NCBI GenBank assembly: GCA_046543235.1
Contig: JBKGZT010000034.1
Coordinates: forward strand, 1-15,626
DNA length: 15,626 bases
Direction of reading: 5' to 3'
DNA from: Candidatus Acetothermia bacterium
Lineage (GTDB): Bacteria; Bipolaricaulota; Bipolaricaulia; M55B111
Shown: positions 1 through 6,246 of the stretch, in pieces
How positions within the stretch are numbered: the first letter of the stretch is position 1
How the letters are laid out: each line of letters begins with the position of its first letter
Notes under the pieces: model-generated
Database searches by the model: none
What the model was told of the DNA's origin: nothing
What the model saw: only the letters and a program-made list of their open reading frames with translations
Position numbers and translations under genes: made by a program

Positions 1-509
1 GTCCTCCATTCACCGTCGAGCAAGACCATGGAAGCGTATGGGGGCTCACCGTCGGCACCCGTTCCTGCAGGCCAACCATCTATCCCGTCGACCTCGTGAA
101 CCACCGTGTCTTTTTCGTCCTTAAGAACGAGCTTCTCGCCCGAGTTGGCCAGCGAACCCTTGAAAATCAGGTCTGCCTCGCGGGTAGATATCGTCTCGTC
201 GTCGGACCGTTCCAGCAAGAAGACCTCTCCCGGGCCTAAGACGGTCTCCCTAAGGCTCAGCGTATCCTCGGATTCCTCGCCTAGGGGGATCTCTGTTTCT
301 TCCCAGGTAAGTTTCCAGCCGGAGAGGTCGATCTTTTCGTCGGTCAGGTTTCTCAATTCTATCCACTCGTCCGCCCAGCTAGCCTCGGTCCCCGCCCAGG
401 CAACCTCACTTATCTCTACGCGTCTGCCCGAACTCGCCAGGGCGGCACTACCCAGTAATCCGATCAACACTCCGGAAATCAGCAGATACTTCAAAACGGA
501 CCTCTTCAA
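1..509 (-). CDS. Secreted lamin tail domain (LTD) protein, 3' end runs off the window
   Basis: Not in the ORF track; translated by hand from TTG at 509 with SD GAGGTGA 6 nt upstream. MKRSVLKYLLISGVLIGLLGSAALA looks like a signal peptide, followed by VEISEVAWAG, DEWIELRN, IDLSGWKL and LANSGEKLVLKD, which are typical LTD motifs. Open to the window edge. Confidence 0.85.
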   Translation of the reverse strand, partial: MKRSVLKYLLISGVLIGLLGSAALASSGRRVEISEVAWAGTEASWADEWIELRNLTDEKIDLSGWKLTWEETEIPLGEESEDTLSLRETVLGPGEVFLLERSDDETISTREADLIFKGSLANSGEKLVLKDEKDTVVHEVDGIDGWPAGTGADGEPPYASMVLLDGEWR

Positions 510-721
510 CTTCTTTCACCTCTCTTGTAAGCCTCTCGGCTTAGTCTTTTTGTCAGTTTAGCCGTAATCCGGGCCCGTCTCTATAACTCGAATTAATATT
601 TATCTTAACCTCAATCAATAATCACGATAGCTTAGATCACTAATTGATTTCACCAGCCCAAAAATCAATTCCTCAATAGACTAACTACAACTAAATTATT
701 TCACCTTTTCAACCCGGTTGC

Positions 722-774
722 AGTCCGAATTAATTATGGTGAAAGGATTGAGCAAAAAAATAAACTCCGGCAAG
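722..774. repeat. Dispersed intergenic repeat, copy A
   Basis: 722-751 AGTCCGAATTAATTATGGTGAAAGGATTGA matches 14881-14910 at 26/30; 765-774 CTCCGGCAAG matches 14923-14932 at 9/10. Confidence 0.75.
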
Positions 775-888
775 AGATCAGCGACGTTTGACAGAGCCTC
801 AACCCCTCCAGACCCACGAGACACGTTGCTGGTTCCCGAAGAGCCAACGAGATTGAAGTCCTGAAGGCCACCGGATGCTTTCCTCCCA

Positions 889-917
889 TTGATAAGGTAT
901 AGGCGGATAAATATAAT
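889..917 (+). promoter_or_regulatory. Sigma70-type promoter of topA
   Basis: TTGATA (889-894), 17 nt, TATAAT (912-917); SD GGAGGAGG at 930-937 before ATG 942. Confidence 0.8.
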
Positions 918-941
918 TATCCCCGTTCTGGAGGAGGAAAG

Positions 942-3221
942 ATGGACAATCTATTAATCGTCGAATCACCCACGAAAGCCAATACCATAAATAGATACCT
1001 GGGCCCGGAGTTCGAGGTGCTCTCCTCAAAGGGGCACGTCCGGGACCTGCCCGAAAAGGAACTCGGAGTCGAAATCGAAGACGGCTTCCGCCCGACGCTG
1101 GTCGTAAACCAGAAAAAGCTGGTAAATAAGTTAAAGGACGAGGCGAAAGGGAAACAGAACGTCTACCTCGCAACGGACAACGACCGCGAAGGCGAGGCAA
1201 TAGCCTTCGACCTGTACGAGCTCCTCAGCAAAAACGGGAACGGAAGAGAAGATGACGATAAGTTCAAACGCATTATATTCAACGAGATAACCAAGAACAG
1301 TATTAAAAACGCCCTGGAGGAGCCCACCTCTATCGACCTACGGAAGGTCGACGCTCAGCGAGCGAGGCGGATCCTAGACCGGCTCGTCGGTTACCTGATT
1401 AGCCCCCTACTCTCGAAGACCGTATCCGGAAGCCGTTTCGAAGGGCTCAGCGCGGGTCGCGTTCAATCAGTTGCGCTTCGATATATAGTCGAACGGGAAG
1501 AGGAGCGCGAGGAGTTCGACCCGGAGGAGTACTGGAAGGTCGCAGTAGACCTATATAAGGAGTCCAGGGCCGAGGCCTTCCCTCTCCAGCTGAAAAAGGT
1601 CCAGGGTGAAAAACCCGACATCGGCAGCGAGGACGAGGCAAAGGAATTGGAGGAGAAGCTGGAAGAGTCGGAGTTCAGGATTTCAAATCTCAAGGAAAAG
1701 CGGAACGAACGATCCCCTCTGCCACCTTTCATTACTTCTACGATGCAGAGAGCCGCTTCTTCCGTCCTGCACTTCACTCCGAGCAAGACGATGAGCGTTG
1801 CTCAGACCCTCTACGAGGGTGTCGAACTGGACGAAGGGGTCGAGGGTCTCATAACATACATGAGGACGGATTCGACCAGGGTCGCGGAAGAGGCAAACGA
1901 CGCCCTGCGAAAATTCATCAAGGGGGAAATAGGACCCGACTACCTGGCAGAGGATACCAGGTATTTTCGGAAGAAAAGCGGCGCCCAGGACGCACACGAG
2001 GCAATCAGGCCAACCGACGTGAGCCGGAGGCCGGAAGAGATAAAGAGTCACCTTTCCTCCGACCAGTACAAGCTCTACAAGTTGATCTGGGACAGGTTCG
2101 TTGCAACCCAGATGAGTCCGGCAATTTATAAAAGAAGAAAAGTCGACGTCGAGGCAGACGGTCTCGTCTTCAAGACTTCTGGCAGCAAATTAATCTTCGA
2201 CGGCTTCTTGAAGGTATTAAAACTCAAGCCACTAAAGGATCAGGATGTCGACGTCCCCGAGGGTATAGAGGAAGGTGACCGGCTACTGCTGAAGGACGTG
2301 GACTTGAGCCAGCACTTCACCAAGCCTCCCAACCGTTACACGGAAGCCGGTCTGATAAAGAAGCTGGAGAAGCAGGATATAGGCCGGCCAAGCACCTATG
2401 CGAGCATCGTTTCGACGATCCAGAAGAGGGACTACATAATAAAGCGCAATAGCTCTTTTGTTCCCACACTGCTCGGTTTCGTCGTGGTGGAGTTCCTGGA
2501 GGAGTACTTTCCGGAGATCGTGGAGCCGGATCTGACCGCGGAGATGGAAAAGGCCCTGGACGAGATCAAAGACGGGGAAACCAACAAGGAGAAAACCCTT
2601 GCTCGGTTTTACGCTCCGCTGAAGAAAGAGCTGGACAGAGTAGAAAAGTCCCTGGAGGATAAGGATAACGAGTTCCAGATACCCACCGACGTAGACTGTT
2701 CGAGCTGTAACGGCCACATGAATATCAGATACTGGAAGGGCAGTCCTTACCTTTCCTGTTCGTCATGGCCGGAGTGCGAAGAAAAGCGGAGCTTGCCTTC
2801 GGATCTATCCTTCACGTTCAAGGACGGCAGGGTCCTCATCGCGGAGGAACTGGAAAAGCACGAAAAGGAGGAGAAGAAACTGGGAGAAAAGGAGTGTCCG
2901 AAGTGTGGCTCCCCCATGGAAATCAAACACGGGAAATACGGCAGGTTCTACGCCTGTACGAATCCCGATTGCAACGAAACAGCTTCGATCTCCTCCGGAG
3001 TCGAGTGCCCCAAGTGCGGGGACGGGGAACTTCTGGAGCGTTACTCCCGGCGCAACAAGCAAACGTTCTACGGGTGCAGCAACTACCCCGACTGCGAGTA
3101 CACGACGAGTAAAAAGCCAATAAAACAGTGCCCGGACTGTGACATCGGCGTCCTCGTCGAGTCGGACGATAAACTCGTCTGTACCAACAAGAACTGTGAC
3201 CACGAAGAATCCCGAGACTAA
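942..3221 (+). CDS. topA: DNA topoisomerase I (type IA) with four C-terminal zinc ribbons
   Basis: LLIVESPTKA, SKGHVRDL, TOPRIM ATDNDREGEAIA, SAGRVQS, catalytic Tyr in GLITYMRTDS, AQDAHEAIRPT, IGRPSTYA; four CxxC...C..C repeats at the C-terminus. Confidence 0.98.
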   Translation: MDNLLIVESPTKANTINRYLGPEFEVLSSKGHVRDLPEKELGVEIEDGFRPTLVVNQKKLVNKLKDEAKGKQNVYLATDNDREGEAIAFDLYELLSKNGNGREDDDKFKRIIFNEITKNSIKNALEEPTSIDLRKVDAQRARRILDRLVGYLISPLLSKTVSGSRFEGLSAGRVQSVALRYIVEREEEREEFDPEEYWKVAVDLYKESRAEAFPLQLKKVQGEKPDIGSEDEAKELEEKLEESEFRISNLKEKRNERSPLPPFITSTMQRAASSVLHFTPSKTMSVAQTLYEGVELDEGVEGLITYMRTDSTRVAEEANDALRKFIKGEIGPDYLAEDTRYFRKKSGAQDAHEAIRPTDVSRRPEEIKSHLSSDQYKLYKLIWDRFVATQMSPAIYKRRKVDVEADGLVFKTSGSKLIFDGFLKVLKLKPLKDQDVDVPEGIEEGDRLLLKDVDLSQHFTKPPNRYTEAGLIKKLEKQDIGRPSTYASIVSTIQKRDYIIKRNSSFVPTLLGFVVVEFLEEYFPEIVEPDLTAEMEKALDEIKDGETNKEKTLARFYAPLKKELDRVEKSLEDKDNEFQIPTDVDCSSCNGHMNIRYWKGSPYLSCSSWPECEEKRSLPSDLSFTFKDGRVLIAEELEKHEKEEKKLGEKECPKCGSPMEIKHGKYGRFYACTNPDCNETASISSGVECPKCGDGELLERYSRRNKQTFYGCSNYPDCEYTTSKKPIKQCPDCDIGVLVESDDKLVCTNKNCDHEESRD

Positions 3222-3277
3222 AACCGGGGCCTATTCCGGACTTTTCTCCCTCAGCGGCCCTTTGAAGGTTCTTTGAT

Positions 3278-3306
3278 TTGAAAGAAAGGAGTTTTAAGCT
3301 TACCCT
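3278..3306 (+). promoter_or_regulatory. Putative promoter for the tRNA-Ser/SRP RNA transcript
   Basis: TTGAAA (3278-3283), 17 nt, TACCCT (3301-3306), ending 12 nt before the tRNA 5' end. Confidence 0.55.
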
Positions 3307-3318
3307 TTTTAAGCAAAA

Positions 3319-3406
3319 GGAGGGGTGGGCGAGCGGCCAAAACCGCCGGTCTGGAGTACCGGTGAACCGAGAGGTTCCGTGGGTTCAAATCCCACCCCCT
3401 CCGCCA
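3319..3406 (+). tRNA. tRNA-Ser (anticodon GGA), class II, CCA encoded
   Basis: Acceptor GGAGGGG/CCCCTCC, discriminator G plus CCA; anticodon stem CCGGT/ACCGG with loop CT-GGA-GT; long variable arm GAACC-GAGA-GGTTC; T arm GTGGG-TTCAAAT-CCCAC. Confidence 0.96.
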
Positions 3407-3408
3407 AA

Positions 3409-3674
3409 CCCATGCTAGGCGGGAGTTAGCGGTCCCCTTAGTCCCCAATCCGCTACAGGGGAGCCGATATACCTGCCGAGGAGTCGAACACTTGGGTCCG
3501 TACCTGGGTAAGTGGTGTCGACGGTCGAGTCCTCTGCGGCGCAAGCCTACCAACTCCGTCAGGCCCGGAAGGGAGCAGCGGTAAGTAGGCCTCTGTGGGT
3601 GTCAGAGGGTAGCTTGGCTCGAGCTAACTGCCCGGGCAACGCCAGGTGGACGGTTTCGAAGCAGGTTGCATGGG
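3409..3674 (+). ncRNA. ffs: Signal recognition particle RNA, large bacterial type with Alu domain (about 266 nt)
   Basis: Helix 8 CCGTCAGGCCCGGAAGGGAGCAGCGG at 3556-3581; terminal helix CCCATGC (3409-3415)/GCATGGG (3668-3674); 5' segment with TAGCGG...AATCCGCTA resembles the Alu domain of Bacillus scRNA. Confidence 0.93.
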
Positions 3675-3764
3675 ACTAAAGTGTCGAAAAAACGGTCTTG
3701 TAATATATAATTCTCCCACTTCACACCCGACCGTGAAAATTTCCCGACGAAGTCCGGTGATATA

Positions 3765-4328
3765 ATGCGCACCTTCTTTTGCCTCGAACTACCGGAAGAC
3801 GTGAAGGACAAGATAAATGGAATCAGAAAGGACATCAAAGGGCCGGCCTACGTCAAGTGGGTCTCTCAGGAGAATCTCCACATAACGCTGAAGTTCCTTG
3901 GAGAGGTAGAGGAAAATCAGGTTTCGACAATAAAGGAAAGGGCTGAAGGAGCGGCAATCAGGTCTTCCCCTTTCCGGGTGGATCTTGACAGGCTGGGGGG
4001 CTTCCCCCACCTGGGTTTTCCCAAGGTAATCTGGCTCGGTTCTAATTCACCTCCCGACGATATCTATCGCCTACACGAGGACCTGGAAGAGAGCTTGTTT
4101 GGTCTCGGTTTTGAAAAAGAGGACAGGGATTACGTTCCTCACGTAACACTGGGGCGGACCAAAGAGGATGAAGACTCCAGGATAGAACGACTCGGGGAAA
4201 ACCTGAAGGACCACGACTTCGATTCCAGCTGGCGGGTACCGATCGGGAGGCTTACTATGATGAAGAGCGAGCTTAGATCCGACGGGCCGGTCTATACCCC
4301 TCTCTTCAGGGTAGAACTGGGTAATTGA
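3765..4328 (+). CDS. thpR: RNA 2',3'-cyclic phosphodiesterase / 2'-5' RNA ligase (2H family)
   Basis: Two HxT motifs (NLHITLKFLG, YVPHVTLGR), MRTFF N-terminus, KSELRSDGPVY near the C-terminus, 187 aa. Confidence 0.95.
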   Translation: MRTFFCLELPEDVKDKINGIRKDIKGPAYVKWVSQENLHITLKFLGEVEENQVSTIKERAEGAAIRSSPFRVDLDRLGGFPHLGFPKVIWLGSNSPPDDIYRLHEDLEESLFGLGFEKEDRDYVPHVTLGRTKEDEDSRIERLGENLKDHDFDSSWRVPIGRLTMMKSELRSDGPVYTPLFRVELGN

Positions 4329-4329
4329 G

Positions 4330-4755
4330 TTGAGCCATAGCTACCTGGATCACGGCGCTGACATGGGGGTAAGCGCGAGAGCGGGGACGCTGGAAGGTGT
4401 TTTCCAAGAATCGGCAAAAGGATTGTTCAGCCTAATGGCAGATCTCAAGGAGGTCGCTACCGGAACCTCGGTAGAGATAAAAATCCACGGAAGGGATCGA
4501 GAAGACCTCCTCTACGAATGGTTGAGTGAACTCCTCTCCATCAGCAACTTGCGCGGAGAGGTATATTCCGAATTCGCCGATCTGACGATAGAGAAATCCG
4601 ACACCGGATACGATCTTCGAGGAACGGTGAAGGGTGAAAAGTTAGATCCGGGAACTCACGACCTGGGCACGGAAGTCAAGGCGATTACTTACCAGGGCTT
4701 GGATTTATCAAAGGAGAAAAATACCTGGAGGTGCAGGTTCGTCGTGGACGTCTGA
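4330..4755 (+). CDS. Archease (RtcB activating cofactor)
   Basis: YLDHGADMG, LLYEWLSELL, EVKAITY and terminal VVDV motifs; 141 aa; TTG start 1 nt after the thpR stop; directly upstream of rtcB. Confidence 0.95.
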   Translation: MSHSYLDHGADMGVSARAGTLEGVFQESAKGLFSLMADLKEVATGTSVEIKIHGRDREDLLYEWLSELLSISNLRGEVYSEFADLTIEKSDTGYDLRGTVKGEKLDPGTHDLGTEVKAITYQGLDLSKEKNTWRCRFVVDV

Positions 4756-4773
4756 GGGGGCGAGCCCTAGAGC

Positions 4774-6240
4774 ATGGAAGGTAAAGAGAAATACGAGCTG
4801 GAACGGATAGCGGAGTATACATGGGAAGTTCCACGGAGGGGCGACATGAACGTACCCGGCCGCCTCTTTGTCGACGAGGAAACGGCAACGGCCCTTCTCG
4901 AAGAAGCCCGAAGTGGTGCTGAATGGAACGCGCTGGATCAGGTTATTAACGTAGCTTCGCTTCCGGGAATAGCAAAAGCTTCCTTCGGGCTGGCCGACAT
5001 CCATCCCGGTTACGGATTCCCGATCGGCGGTGTCGGTGCCTTCGACGTCGACGAGGGCGTAACTGTCGCCGGCGGGGTCGGCTTCGACATAAACTGCGGC
5101 GTTAGGTTGATGAAGACCCCTCTCTCCACGGTAGAAGTAGAAAATTCGAAGGAAGAGATCGCGGACGCCCTCTTCGAAACCGTACCGGCCGGCCTGGGCT
5201 CCGAGGGTAGGATCGATCTATCCGTGGAGGAAATCAACAGCGTCCTAAGGAAGGGGGCCCGGTTTCCGCTCGAACGGGGATACGGGTTTGAATCCGACCT
5301 CGAGTTCATCGAGGAAAGGGGGACGATCGAAGGCGCAAACCCGGAAAACGTCAGTCGAAGGGCCAAACAGAGACAGTTCAAGCAGATAGGAACTCTCGGT
5401 TCCGGGAACCACTACCTGGAGATCCAGAAAGTAACGGAAATATACGACCGGGAGGCCGCAAGGGTTTACGGGTTAAACGAGGATCAAGCAGTCATTTCCA
5501 TCCACACCGGCTCCAGGGCGCTTGGACACCAGATAGGCCAGGACTACCTGAAAAAGCTGGAGGAAGCGAGCGAAAAATACAGCCTGCCAATTGCGGAAAA
5601 GGAGCTCGTCTCGGCACCTATAGGCAGCCCCGAGGGCAGGAAATACCTCAGCGCCGTACGCTGTGGAATAAATTGCGCCTTCGCTAACCGGCAGGCGATC
5701 TCCGGCCTGATCCGGGAAGCTCTGAGCGAAACCGTCGGGCTCGACCCGGTGGACGTAGAAACGGTCTACGAAGTAGGGCACAACACGGCAAAATTCGAGA
5801 GGCACGTGGTCGACGGCGAAAAAAAAGAGCTCCTGGTTCACAGGAAGGGCTCCACGAGAGCGTTCGGTCCGAATAGAGAGGAACTCCCGGCCAGATATAG
5901 AAACGTAGGCGGCCCCCTGCTCGTCGGTGGAACCATGGGAACTTCGTCCTACGTGCTCCGCGGTTCGAGGAAGGCAATGGAAGAGACATTCGGCAGCGGA
6001 ATTCACGGGGCCGGTAGAGCCATGTCACGAAAGAAAGCCAAGTCCAAATTCTGGGGCGAGGACGTGGAAAAACAACTGAAGGGAAAGGGAGTTACGGTAA
6101 AATCGCACTCCTATCCAGGCCTGGCAGAGGAGGCCCCGGGAGCTTACAAGGACGTCGAAAAGGTAGTCGCCGCCGCCAGCGGTAGCGGCCTGACCCCAAA
6201 AGTAGCAAAGCTGGAACCGCTGATCGTCGTAAAGGGCTGA
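4774..6240 (+). CDS. rtcB: RtcB 3'-phosphate/5'-OH RNA ligase
   Basis: DIHPGYGFPIGGV, GFDINCGVR, GTLGSGNHYLE, HTGSR, GHN, HRKGSTRAF, HGAGR (guanylylated His), EEAPGAYK, C-terminal VVKG; all expected catalytic motifs present. Confidence 0.98.
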   Translation: MEGKEKYELERIAEYTWEVPRRGDMNVPGRLFVDEETATALLEEARSGAEWNALDQVINVASLPGIAKASFGLADIHPGYGFPIGGVGAFDVDEGVTVAGGVGFDINCGVRLMKTPLSTVEVENSKEEIADALFETVPAGLGSEGRIDLSVEEINSVLRKGARFPLERGYGFESDLEFIEERGTIEGANPENVSRRAKQRQFKQIGTLGSGNHYLEIQKVTEIYDREAARVYGLNEDQAVISIHTGSRALGHQIGQDYLKKLEEASEKYSLPIAEKELVSAPIGSPEGRKYLSAVRCGINCAFANRQAISGLIREALSETVGLDPVDVETVYEVGHNTAKFERHVVDGEKKELLVHRKGSTRAFGPNREELPARYRNVGGPLLVGGTMGTSSYVLRGSRKAMEETFGSGIHGAGRAMSRKKAKSKFWGEDVEKQLKGKGVTVKSHSYPGLAEEAPGAYKDVEKVVAAASGSGLTPKVAKLEPLIVVKG

Positions 6241-6246
6241 TAACCT

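Noticed and set aside
106-561. 151-aa plus-strand ORF
   Set aside because: Ser-rich antisense shadow of the LTD gene.
3319-3410. tRNA as a prophage or island attachment site
   Set aside because: No integrase, and I saw no duplicated tRNA 3' end in the window.
3251-3838. Minus-strand ORFs 3251-3553 and 3602-3838
   Set aside because: They overlap the tRNA, SRP RNA and thpR start.
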